From the NCBI GenBank assembly GCA_028534125.1, contig CM052832.1:7814001-7874000 (forward strand): a stretch of DNA of 60,000 bases, given 5' to 3'. How positions within the stretch are numbered: position 1 is the stretch's first letter; each line of letters begins with the position of its first letter. The translations under genes and the position numbers were made by a program. Positions 48,896-60,000 of the stretch are shown here, piece by piece. A model generated the notes under the pieces. It did not search any database. It was not told the DNA's origin and saw nothing but the letters and a program-made list of their open reading frames with translations. Source of the DNA: Lama glama (lineage: Eukaryota).

Positions 48896-50415
48896 AGTAG
48901 AGAAAGAGAAAAACAGAACCAACCCTTACGTGGCTTAGCTATAAAGGATGTGGCTGGTAAACAGGCACACCCCACAGAGGGCCCCTGAAGCATGTTGAGC
49001 AATGACAGCCTGGTTAGAACGAGGGGTGGCTTCAGGCAGAGCGTCCATGGGACATCTCATTCTGCCATGTTTTGTGCAAAGTCTCACTGGTTTCATTGCC
49101 ACTAACCCTCCTATCCAGAGCACATCTAGAACCAGGTACGGGAGTCCCCAAAGACACATTTCCTTGGTCTCACCTCCCTGACGCTGAGGCTTACACAGGG
49201 AACCCCTTTGCCTTCCAAGGGTCCCAAGTTGGCTATGAAGCCAAGGATATGGAAGAAGAAGCCAAGATTCTCCTTGAAACTCTCCCTTCTTACCTTCCTT
49301 CTACCCCACCCTCAGCCTGGCCCCCTGCCTAGATCGCTAAAGCAGGTGAGCCGCCTCTTCATGTCACTATTATCGCCTCCTCTGTGCTTCCCCTTAACCT
49401 TCAACAATCAAGTCTGCTTATTTCCTACGTGCATGACCTCGGGCAGGTCACTGCTGCAGTTTGCTCATCCGTAAAATGAGAAACTACTTCCTAGGGTTGT
49501 TATGAAAAGTAAGTGATGTTGCACACCAAAGGGGTTATTTCAATGTAAGGGGTTGTACTCACCAAAGAAATGAATGTGAGGAGCCACCCAGTAAACCTCC
49601 AAATCTCGGTAGCTCAGCACAATAAAGACTTATTTCTCACCCAGGAAAATTCCACTGCCAGCTGGGCAGGCTTTCCCTAACTCACGGTTAGCCCGTCTGG
49701 ACCACACGGTCTCCACAGTGGCCGCAGCCTTCCGAGAATTCCAAAGAAGTCCCATTTTTGCCTAATTCGCTCGCCCCCAGGACGTCCATGCATCACCGGC
49801 TTGCCTCCACCCCTCCCACACAGGGGCCCTGCTGGGGGGACAGGGAGGGCCGCAGCAAAGACTCCTGCCTTAGCGTGCCGGGGGGCCGGTGAACCCTGTC
49901 ATTTGCTCTGCCCCAGGTGAGGCCCTGCCAGGAGGACTGCCGAGCGGCAGGTGTGTGGCACCAAGAGCCAGATCAGCAGGGACAACGAGGTGGGGACCAG
50001 AGTGAGGTGGGGCCACTGGGGCTCTCGGACCCCTGACCTCTGACTTCCTCGGCACCACCGAGCCCAGCTCCCGGGGTGACTGCACCAGGCGTCCGGCTGT
50101 TGGAAGTACCTTGACACTTGGCACTTGCGTAGGACCGTGGGGTCACCAGGGACTGTCACACATCTCATCTCATTCTCTCTTTTCTACAAAACTCCCATGG
50201 TGGGTGGCCTCCTGCAGTCTTTCGTGAGAACCCAGCCAGGGGAGCCAAGAGAGGCACTGGGGACAGGGAGTCTTTCTTTGGGGTGTCCCCACCTGTCTCT
50301 GGGAAGGTCACTTTTCCATTTGGGGGCCAACATGGCAGTGAGGGTAGAAAACAGGACAACAGCACATCAGGGCAATGAAGTGGAGAAAACCAAGGCAAAT
50401 TCTGTCCTCCACCCC

Positions 50416-50915
50416 NNNNNNNNNNNNNNNNNNNNNNNNNNNNNNNNNNNNNNNNNNNNNNNNNNNNNNNNNNNNNNNNNNNNNNNNNNNNNNNNNNNNN
50501 NNNNNNNNNNNNNNNNNNNNNNNNNNNNNNNNNNNNNNNNNNNNNNNNNNNNNNNNNNNNNNNNNNNNNNNNNNNNNNNNNNNNNNNNNNNNNNNNNNNN
50601 NNNNNNNNNNNNNNNNNNNNNNNNNNNNNNNNNNNNNNNNNNNNNNNNNNNNNNNNNNNNNNNNNNNNNNNNNNNNNNNNNNNNNNNNNNNNNNNNNNNN
50701 NNNNNNNNNNNNNNNNNNNNNNNNNNNNNNNNNNNNNNNNNNNNNNNNNNNNNNNNNNNNNNNNNNNNNNNNNNNNNNNNNNNNNNNNNNNNNNNNNNNN
50801 NNNNNNNNNNNNNNNNNNNNNNNNNNNNNNNNNNNNNNNNNNNNNNNNNNNNNNNNNNNNNNNNNNNNNNNNNNNNNNNNNNNNNNNNNNNNNNNNNNNN
50901 NNNNNNNNNNNNNNN
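50416..50915. other. Assembly gap (exactly 500 N)
   Basis: N run. Confidence 1.
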
Positions 50916-53569
50916 AACTCAAGATGATATGACATCTACACTCTCAGGAGTAATCGCCTGCATTTTCTTTTAAAGCTCAGCTTCCAGAATAAACCCCTGG
51001 GATCAGTTCACATTCAGCCCAAATTCAACAACTCCTCTAAGTGATTAGTTATGTTCATAATTCTATCTCTGAGTAACTCCGTCATTAAACAAAGAATCAA
51101 CTGTGTTCACTATCAGAGGCTGCACCCCCTGCAAGGTGGACAAGGCAACTGCAGACCTCAGGCTTCAGTAAACCCGGTCCCAGCTCTCCCAGCACAGGAT
51201 GGGGACTGCCCCGCCATCACACGCATCATCTTCCACGTCATTCACAAAGGGAAGTTTGCGTGGACAACACGATCGAGGTATCCTTTTTATTTTTGTCGTC
51301 TTTCAAGGGGAGACATTGTGTTTGGGGGAATGTCCAAGCGGAGAATCTTTTGAACCAGATATTTTCGTCTATGTGCTTATAATAATTTTAAAAGCTTCTA
51401 CACACTCTGTAAGAGATAAATTAAACGCAGCTTTACTTCCCGTCTGGAGCTGTGGCCCAACAACACACTGCCTTAAATGTGTGATGCTGACTGACGTTTG
51501 TCCATCAGGTCGCAGCCCAGGTTTCAGACAACCAGAATTCAGCAGAACCCTGCCCTCTCGCTCTTCACACCCAGGGTCCCTCCTCATCAGTCAGCCATGA
51601 AAACAAATCCAGGATGAAGCCAGCGCAACAGCAGATGTAGCCCTTTAGAAGCAGCGTGGATCCACCGAAAAAGCGAAGTCCTTGTGTCTAGTGACTAATG
51701 AGAAGATAACAAAGTTCTGCCTTTTACAGAAATGCCAAGAAATAGTAGGGAAGATGACCAGGGCAGGCATTGTCAGACCAGGTTACATAAGAAACAGACA
51801 AAATATGAATTTCAGAAAGAGCCAATGGCTCAGTACCTGATTTCTGCTGAAGACCTTGCTGCTTCTGGAGCTGCCTCTCTGAAGAACTCCTCTTATGAGA
51901 CGGGGACAGAGGCTGATAAGTTCTGTTGAGATTTTCAACCCTAAGATTTAAATTAAAAAGAAAAGGCTTCTTGTTAGTCAACCACCCATTCAGAAGATTC
52001 AATCAAACAAAGCCCCTGCCTTAAGCCTGGAAGGCACTCAACAGCGAGGTCTGCAGGAGTGCAACAGAACCACTTTCAGGCCCTGGACGTATTTTCACGA
52101 GCAAGCTTTACATACCAACAGTAATAATAGCCACACAGTAACAACAACACTCGTGGGCTGAAGTCTGAGGCTCACCGTTCAGACAACAATGCTGTTTTTT
52201 CCTGAAACAGCCTGTCTTCAAGCTAGAACTTACGATTTAACAAGTTTGAGTTTCAAGGACAAGGAAGTGGACTTGGGTTTCTGCTCTTTTCCTGGGGACA
52301 AGCATGAATTGGTCCCTATCCATGGGACAAGAATATGAAAGTGTTCTCCCTCCTGGGAAACGTGTAGGGGGCCCTCTCTTCAAGCAAATCCTGTTTGCTC
52401 CACTGCACACCTGTTTTCCTTCCATATTACCACACAGGAGGGATAAAAGGACAAAATCTGGAGACAGTGGAGGCCACACAAATCATTTGCTGTCTGGCCA
52501 CAGTGACTCATCGTGGTCATGTCTGTGCCCCCACCAGCTGCTTCTGAGGCCCCGTCCCTCCCTTCTCACCCTGACACCCCTGGACCTGGTAGTTTGTTAA
52601 CCTTAGCCAATCACACTTGGCAAGCTTCAATGATTGGTCCAAAGGGTGCCTTACATGACCAAAGACCTTTCCTAAGACTTTTTAAGCTAGAGCTAGAGAG
52701 AAGCCCTTTCCTATTCAGTGATAAATCTGGGAAATGTCAGTCAAGAGCAGGCAGCAGCCACGGCCCCACTGCGTGGAGAAATCCCAACTGAGGTAGGAGA
52801 AAGTAGAAGAAGGCTACAGAGAGACTTCTAGCAACTCCAAGTTGAAGGTTTCTCAAGAAATTAAATTCTGTGATTTTTGTTTTGTTTTGTTTTAAAGCAA
52901 CGAAGAAGGAGAAAGAAAAATAGAGACGGGAGATGTGTGTGTGTGTGGAGAGAGGGAGATTGACAGATGCAGAGAGAAAGAAAGAAAGCAGCTGCTTGGA
53001 AAAACCCCAAATGGCACAATTTATCTTTAATCCCTAGTGTAGGTTGGAAAAGTGAGAAGATTATGAGGAGCGCTGAGACAAACTACATCAATCAGTTGCA
53101 TAGAAAATTTGATTTTTTCGTTGAGCATGTGCCCCCCGCCAAACTAAGCATGTGGAGAATCACACGACCTCACTTAAGAAAAGCTAACATTGGTAGTTCA
53201 AATTGGTGTAGCAGAAATAGCAGGGGGGCGTCTAGGCCTTTATTACTTGATGAATAAAATGTTGCCTAGAATAAATGGGTCACCGGCCAAGTGCCAGAAA
53301 CTTCCATGGCTCGGGCTTCCATTGTTACTGGTGTGGGTGATGGTAGAAGTGGAGTAATTCTAGGTCACCTGTGAGGGGAGAAGCTTCCAGATCAGGTCAG
53401 TTCTACAGCATGGTTCTGGGAGTGTTCCTGGAAGCACTAGCCAGAGTAGATTCTGTCGCTTGCAACCGAGAACCATATCCTGCAACTGTCTGCATGGTGG
53501 TATGGAGCTTGGTGCGTAAGGGAGTACCACCCACATGCCAGCAACTGCAGATATTGCAAACATGACCTT

Positions 53570-53725
53570 AGGTATCATCTCCTAAAAAGCCCATGAGATA
53601 CCTCTGCCTTTACTGTATGGATGAGAGAAACTCAACCCAGAGAAGCTAGGTAACTTAGCTTCCCAACAATTAGCAGAGCCCAGATTCAAATTCCAGCCTG
53701 AATCTAAAGCCTATGCTCTTTCTTC
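53570..53725 (-). mobile_element. MIR SINE fragment
   Basis: gatgagagaaactcaacccagagaagctaggtaactt...gcagagcccagattcaaattccag. Confidence 0.65.
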
Positions 53726-54014
53726 TGTTCCAGGTATTTCTCATATATGTCCAGAAATTCACTTCCTTAAAAAGCCAGTTTTCATTAAGTTTAGAATTGA
53801 TCTGAGAATTCCATTTGATAGATCCAAGAAACGTCCATGGGATACGCCAACTCCATATGCCTCCCTCAGCCATGTCTCTCTGTGTTCCACTTTTTTCAGA
53901 ACCGTGGGTGGGAAAACTGACCTCTCGGGCCACCTAGACCACGCATGACCAGCACCCTGCCTATGTTCCCAGTCTTGCCCTGAATCGTTCTCCCTCCTCA
54001 CTTACATTGTTCCT

Positions 54015-54347
54015 TGCTGTGGTCTGAACGTCTGTCTCCCCAAATTCATACGCTGGAGTCCTAGTGCCCAATGCGAAGATTTTAGGAGACAGGGCCTTTG
54101 GAAGGTACTTGGGAGGGGGAAACACTCATGAATGGGATTAGTGCTCTTCCAAAAAGACCCCACAGAGCTCCCCAGCCCTGTCACCATGTGAGGACACAGT
54201 GAGAAGTCAGTGACCCAGAAGAAGGCCCTTACTTGACCATGCTGGAACTTTCAGCCTCTAGGTCTCTGAGGAGTACTTGTTTGTTGTTTATAAGCCACCC
54301 AGTCTGTGGCATTTTGTTATAGAAGCCCAAACAGATGGACTAATGCA
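54015..54347 (+). mobile_element. MLT1A-type solo LTR nested in an L2 3' end (L2 continues to ~54490)
   Basis: tgctgtggtctgaacgtctgtctccccaaattcata...ctcatgaatgggattagtgc...ataagccacccagtctgtggcattttgttatag; TSD ttcct / atcct; downstream L2 tail tgattgaatgaatggatga. Confidence 0.88.
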
Positions 54348-56124
54348 ATCCTCACACTGGCTTTTTTTTTCATCTCCTAAAATATTCTAAGATCTTCCCT
54401 GGCATTGGTTCAGCATTGTATCTCTATGGCTAGCACCAAATTTGACACTTAGTAAGTGCTCGATATTTACTGATTGAATGAATGGATGATTCCTCTGAGG
54501 AGGGCTGCTGTGTTGAGTCTTACTACAGAGCAGAGGGAGTTTGGAAGAACTCAAGTTCTACTCCCCAGAGCCCCATGGCTCAAGTGCTATGAGGTGTAGG
54601 ATCTCGGCCACTTCCCCTTAGTGTTGGGGAAGAGATAAAGGGGATTTTTCTAAAGGATCTCAATGATCCTATTCGTTGGGTTTATTCCCTTCCACTCTCC
54701 AGTGACCTCAAGCTGGGAGCATGGTTGAAGACGCTGGACTTGTTAGAGAAGGGGGTCTAATGGTATCTCATTGGAGAAGTTCATTAGAACATCATTCAAT
54801 TCTACCCAGCAACTGCATAGACATGTGTGCATGTGACGTGTGTAAGTATACACATTGAGTAGTTGATCCACAAATCTCCCAGGCAGATGACAAGCCTTCA
54901 GGAAAGGGGAGGAGAGATGAACAAGTAGAGAAACTTATCTACTGGAGAGATGAGTAAGAGCTACATAACATTCCTCAAGGAGACTGCAATGGAACCTTGT
55001 CCTCAACCAGTAAACGTTTGTGTCTGGTCCCAGAGCCCTGGTTTGGGTATCCGAGGGTGGTCTCCCTGGACCCATCCTTATGCCTTTTCACTCCCACACT
55101 TTCTGGCAGTGGTGATGTGAAGCAAGCATCATCATAACTGTATAACCCATCTTGGTTCTTTTGTGGCCACTCCATCTAAAAATCACAGATTCTTTGGAGG
55201 TTAGCAAATGATTTATTTGCTTTCTCCTTAAGTAACAGAACAAATCAGTCTAAAACTCACAAAATACCTAAGAGACCACTGATTGTGGTCCCTCCTAATT
55301 TTAAAGTATGAGGAAACTATATCCCAGAGAAGGGAAATGGTTTGCCCTGAGTCACGCTGCTGGGAGAAGCAAGACCAGGTCTCTCAATACCCAGTCTAGG
55401 TCTCTTGTCACAGCACCACATGTCCTGCCTCCAAGGACCACAGGCTTGATTTACATCACAACCTGTGGGTTCTTCCAGTCTCCAACCTGGGCCCCCACCA
55501 CGCCGTGGGGGTCTGGATGTGCCTCTTACCTCACACGTTGACTTCAGCAACACCACCCGATTGGTTACGCTGCCGTGGAGCCTAAGTCTCCCATTGTTAA
55601 TCATCTTTTAAAAGAGTTTAACATCTGCTGCAGGGAAATTTACTGGCCTCAAGTTACTGGCTATAATTTTGGTCATTTGGGGAAAATAATGATGCTACAG
55701 TCGTCACTTTCCAAATGTTGCAGGAAACTGACCCAGATCAAGAAACCTCTCAATAAATCAGCTCAAAAACGGCATCCATTTCTAGCCTCGCTATTTAGAA
55801 TGTTGCAGCTCTGAATCAGTGTCTGGGCTGGAGAAAGCGTCCAACTCAAAGCCTCTAGATTTTAATAATAGCTGCCATTGTTCAAAGAGGGATTCATAAC
55901 TCTCAGTGGACTCCAGCCAAAAATCTTGAGCCAGATTCGGTATTTATGTATGTTTGGGTGACTAAGTGCTCTGCAAGTTTCATGAGTGGTTCTTTCAACA
56001 TGGGAGCTACCCACATCTCCAAGCCCTGGTCCTGTTTGTGGACATCACCCTGGACTAAGCCTGCCTTGCTGACACGTCCTCTTTGGCTCTTGATTTACGT
56101 ACAGATGACAGGGATCATGGTATA

Positions 56125-56345
56125 TTAATAATAAAAACAACAATTAACCCTTATGGAGTGTTTGCTCTGTGCCGGGAGCCAGCCCATTAGACCATGGAAC
56201 CCTCACAACCCTACGAGGCAGGTACTAGTATTATCTTCGTTTTACACATGAGGAAACTGAGGCACAGAGTGGGTAAATGATCACACGTATAGTAATCAGA
56301 GGAGCTAGGATTTGAACTCAAGCAATCTGGCTCCAGAGACCTACT
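56125..56345 (-). mobile_element. MIR SINE
   Basis: cctcacaaccctacgaggcaggtact...ttttacacatgaggaaactgaggcacagag...ggatttgaactcaagcaatctggctccaga. Confidence 0.88.
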
Positions 56346-56357
56346 CGCCCCCCTCTC

Positions 56358-56505
56358 TTTTTAAATAGCTTTATTGAAATACAATTCACATACCATAAAA
56401 TTAACCCTCTTGAAGTGTATATAATTTCATGTTTTTTAATATATTCACTGAGTTGTGTAATTACCATCACTGTCTAATTTCAGAACATGTTTATCACCCC
56501 AAAAC
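56358..56505 (-). mobile_element. L1MB-type 3' terminus
   Basis: agctttattgaaatacaattcacataccataaaatt...ttcagaacatgtttatcaccccaaaa. Confidence 0.85.
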
Positions 56506-56769
56506 GAGGGTCTAAGAGCCTGACCCTAGATTCCATGTCAGGGGTGACCAGGGGATGTCTGCCAGCCTTGGGAGCACCTTCTCCTCATGGAGTTGTCTTC
56601 TCTCCTCCTTCCTTGAGGGAATTTCATCTTTCAGACTTCTCTTGACCTGGACTGGGTCTCCTGGACAGGAGACTGGGGATGGACATGTAGGCTGAAGGGG
56701 TGGGGTTTATAAAGGGAGATCAGAAAAAGCCATGTCACTCCAGAGGCAAAGCCAGATGCAAGGCCATGG

Positions 56770-56960
56770 AGCAGAGACTGCAGACGTCAGAGCAAAGCAC
56801 AAATGAATTAATCACTCTGGGCATTGAGGATCCACAGCCACTAACACCACAGAAAAAGAGACAGCCAGACATTATGAGGCTCCTGATGTAAGAGCACATG
56901 TCCACCTCTCACCTAGGGAGAAAAATCAAACCTGAACGTGATCGAGCCTCTAGGTCTAAC
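56770..56960 (+). mobile_element. Ancient L1MC-type 3'UTR fragment
   Basis: gagacagccagacattatgaggctcctgatg...aaaaatcaaacctgaacgtgatcgagcctctag. Confidence 0.55.
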
Positions 56961-58039
56961 CGCAGGGAGGCTCTTTTGACAAGAGAGGCTTTAGGACATC
57001 AGTTACTTCCTCTTCCTAAACAAGGAACTTGAGCCTACTGCAGTGGCTCAGTGATGCCCCGACAGCCAGGCAGTGCCATTGGCCTGCCCACTCCAAGGCT
57101 AGAACCCAGGGGTATCTCAGACCAGGTTGGTGCAAAGATTTATTGTCCCACACACGTGGGGACTTCACAGCCCAGAGGTAGCAAGAACTGGGGGTAATTT
57201 CTCAATCCAACAGCACCTCTTTCCAGAGGCCAAAAGGCACCTACAACAGAAGTAGCATTTCAAATGCATCCCCAAGCAGTGATCCCTCTTGCCTGTCATA
57301 CAGGCTGTCAGTGGCAGGGTCTGCAAGATGATATCAGAATTTCCTACCTAAGAATCCTCTGCTATGTCCCCAAGACTTAATAATAACATCCCAGCCCTCT
57401 TCCTGTGACAAGCTTTGGAAAAACTGAACTGAGAGTAGGCTGGAAGCAGGTCCCTGAGCCACGTCCCAGGGCCGGGTCTACGAGAGAGAGAGAACAGCCA
57501 GTACCAGCTCCTTCTCCTGCTGCTGCCGGGCTCCTGTTTCCCCGCCACCTCCAGCAGCTCCTCCTTTCAGCTGAGGCTCAAGCAAGAATTATGGAGCTGC
57601 TATTATTACCCCAGCCCGGTGTCCAGGGCTTGATGGCTGCTGCCCTGGCAGCTCCCACCCAGAGGGGAGCCAGCTGCAGTGACAATAAAACAAAGTCCTT
57701 GGCAGCTAAAGGCCTCTCCTCTGCGTGCTGGGGCTGACGAAAGGGATGTGGAGCCAGCTCTGACTCCGGCTCCTTGGGAAGTCTTGGAGCTGGCCTCCCG
57801 CCTCCCCAGCATCTGATTCCAAAGGCATTTTTCAGCCCAGCTGGGAAGGGCCGTGACAATCTCAACAAGACTCACTCCATTGACCTTGAGAAATGAGTCT
57901 CCAAGCCTCAGCTATCTGTCCAGGGCCTCTTCTAGAAGAGAGAGATATGGGTTTGATCTCACTTGGCTGGCTTCATCAATCCACCAACCAACCAAACGAG
58001 CATTTCAAGAACACCCTACACTCAAGGGCACCGCTCAGG

Positions 58040-58350
58040 ATTCATTCATCCAGCACATCTTCCCACAGCACTGATTTTGTGTGAGGCATGGTGCCAGGTG
58101 CTGGGGAGACATCCCTGCGCAGGGGAGACAGAAAGCCCTGCCCTCCCGGGAGCTTATATGCTACTGTCAGGAAAGAGATGAGGAAGACAATGAGTCAGTG
58201 ATTTTGTGAAGTAGGTCACAGATGCTACGGGGAATTTAAGCAGAGTCATGGAGACTGGGCGTCTAAGAGGCAGGAGTGAGGTTTAAATGGGTGGCCAGGG
58301 AAATGCTAGCTGAGAAGGTAATATTTGAACCAAGACATGAAGGAGGTAAA
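58040..58350 (-). mobile_element. L2 3' fragment
   Basis: ttcattcatccagcac...gtgccaggtgctgggg...ccctgccctcccgggagctta...gtggccagggaa...atatttgaaccaagacatgaagga. Confidence 0.75.
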
Positions 58351-58371
58351 GGGTCAAAACCTGAGCCCCCA

Positions 58372-58465
58372 GCTGAATCATTATGCTGTGCACCAGAAAC
58401 TAACACAACATTGTAAATCAACTATACTTCAATTAAAAACAAAAACAAAATCAAAAACCAAAATA
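58372..58465 (+). mobile_element. L1 extreme 3' tip with A-rich tail
   Basis: ctgaatcattatgctgtgcaccagaaactaacacaacattgtaaatcaactatacttcaattaaaaac. Confidence 0.9.
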
Positions 58466-58914
58466 GATCATCTTAAAGCCTTGTTTTACCTTGGCATCCA
58501 TCCTATAAGGAGATTTACCCTCCTGAATTTTTTCGTTCACTTTAACTAAAATTCACTCATTTATGCTGAACAAAGAGTTGAATAAGAATTGATTACATGC
58601 CACCCACTGTCTTTGGCAGTGGGAAGTCACACATGAATAAGACATAGCCCTGACTGTCACAGAGCACAGATCTGAACTGGGAGGAGCAAACGCATGGACG
58701 AAGAATGCTGATGCAAGCAAGTGGGAGGGAGGATCATGCCCAAAAGCTTTACTTCTAGGCCTGAAGTAATGCGCAGGAGAGATCTCCCAGAGTCCCAGGC
58801 AGAAAGCGCACAAAGGCAGTGAGACAGGAAACAGAGGAAGCAGCTCTTTTGGGACCAGCAAGTCCGGTGTTATGACCAGAGAGAGCAGTGTGTGCGGAAG
58901 ACACAGGGAAGTGG

Positions 58915-59412
58915 CTGGAAGGGGTATGCAGCCTGCAAGACGGCACCCGCTGGTCCCTGCCCCTGGTGTTCATGCCTTCGTACGACCCCTGCCCTGGAGC
59001 ATGGGCGCCCAGACCTACTGTCTCACTCTAACAAGGCTAGGGCTTCCTTCGTGGGTGCTCTCTCTTGCCCTCTCACTGGCTCACTTTGAGGGAAGCCAGT
59101 GCCACGTTGTGAGCTGCCCAATGGAGAGATCCATGTGGCAAAAGATGGATGTTTCTGGCCAATAGCCAGCAAGAAACTGAATCCTGCCAATGACCACATG
59201 AGTGAGCTTGGTCCTCCTCCATTTGAGCCTTCAAATGAGACTGCAGCCTGGCTACCACCTTGATGGCAGCTGTATGTGGACCTGAGACAGAGGACCCAGC
59301 TGAGCTGCCCCCAGACGCCTGCTCCACAGACACTGGGAGACAATAACCATTCACTGTTTTAAGCTGCTAGGTTTCGGGTCAATTTGTTATACAGCAAGAG
59401 ATGACTAATACA
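58915..59412 (+). mobile_element. MLT1F-like LTR
   Basis: cctggtgttcatgcc...gaagccagtgccacgttgtgagctgccc...gagccttcaaatgagactgcagcc...tgttttaagctgcta...gactaataca. Confidence 0.88.
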
Positions 59413-59559
59413 AGTGGGTCTCAGACATTTCAAGCATGATGGTGAAATAATCAAACCTGTTCTTTAAGCATTGGGTTGACTGGCAGTAAGAGGCCTCTGC
59501 AAGAGCTCCTGAAAGGAGTGAGAGGAGAGGCAGAGAGAACAGAGAGGAATGAAGGAGAG

Positions 59560-60000
59560 ATCTGGTGAGGCTGGACTCCAGTTCCAGGAGAACATACCTT
59601 CCATTCATCTGGTTACTCAAACCGAAAGCCTCAGTTCTGTCATCGACTGCTCCTTCCTCACACCCCATGCTCAATTCACCAATAAATTTGTCTCCACCTT
59701 TCTCTCCCTCTCCCAGGACTGCTCTCCACAAGGCAGCCAGATGGTGCCACTTTCCTACTCAAAACCCACCCGGGACCTCTAACTGCTCTTAGAATAAAAT
59801 CCAAGTCCTCCCATGGACTGGAGGCCTATGTAAGCTGCCTCCTCATCCCCAGGCTCCCTCAGCCCTAGCCAGACAGTCCCTCTGTCTGGGACTCTCTCCC
59901 TGCAGACGCTCTGCTTGCTCCACTCTCTCCTTCAGTCCCTTCAGAAAAGGCTTCCTGATGAGAAGGCATTTAAGCTGCAAGCCCAAAGGAAAACCATGGC
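59560..60000 (+). mobile_element. L2 fragment
   Basis: cttccattcatctggttactcaaaccgaaagcct...tcctactcaaaaccc...ctcttagaataaaatccaag. Confidence 0.65.

Noticed and set aside
49900..50010. Possible coding exon after ...ctctgccccAG
   Set aside because: The translation (VRPCQEDCRAAGVW...) matches nothing I recognise, the donor is weak and there are no partner exons.
52590..52900. LTR16/LTR33-like ERVL fragment (similar hints at ~36360-36630 and ~38150-38330)
   Set aside because: The resemblance is too degenerate to call the family or boundaries by eye.
1..60000. ORF-track entries as protein-coding genes (e.g. 21626-22375, 20742-21353, 45463-46029)
   Set aside because: No recognisable domains, low-complexity Pro/Gly/Ser/Arg composition, overlap in several frames and many lie in TE fossils. 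This is what chance ORFs in GC-rich mammalian non-coding DNA look like.

Overview
Mammalian genomic DNA, very probably from a camelid (two vic-1-type tRNA-Ala-derived SINEs and a relatively young L1). I found no supportable protein-coding exon, rRNA, true tRNA gene or CRISPR array. The window reads as intergenic or deep-intronic sequence packed with L1/HAL1, L2, MIR, MLT1 solo LTRs and hAT/Tigger DNA-transposon fossils, plus several repeat-free blocks that look like enhancers. Two exact 500-N gaps split the window. The most notable observations are retrotransposition oddities and a local duplication: (1) a 113-bp poly(A)-tailed, TSD-flanked non-L1 insert at 42077-42189; (2) two 5'-inverted (twin-primed) L1s, one joining the 3' tip to an early-ORF2 piece; (3) a 78-bp L1 fragment truncated at both ends with a perfect 18-bp TSD; (4) a ~315-bp duplication of unrecognised sequence (44401-44713 / 46967-47283) with a 39-bp identical core and a box C/D-like layout; (5) an orphan CpG cluster beside a CTCF motif. 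I see no convincing new biological system. Repeat subfamily names are recalled by eye and boundaries are approximate.
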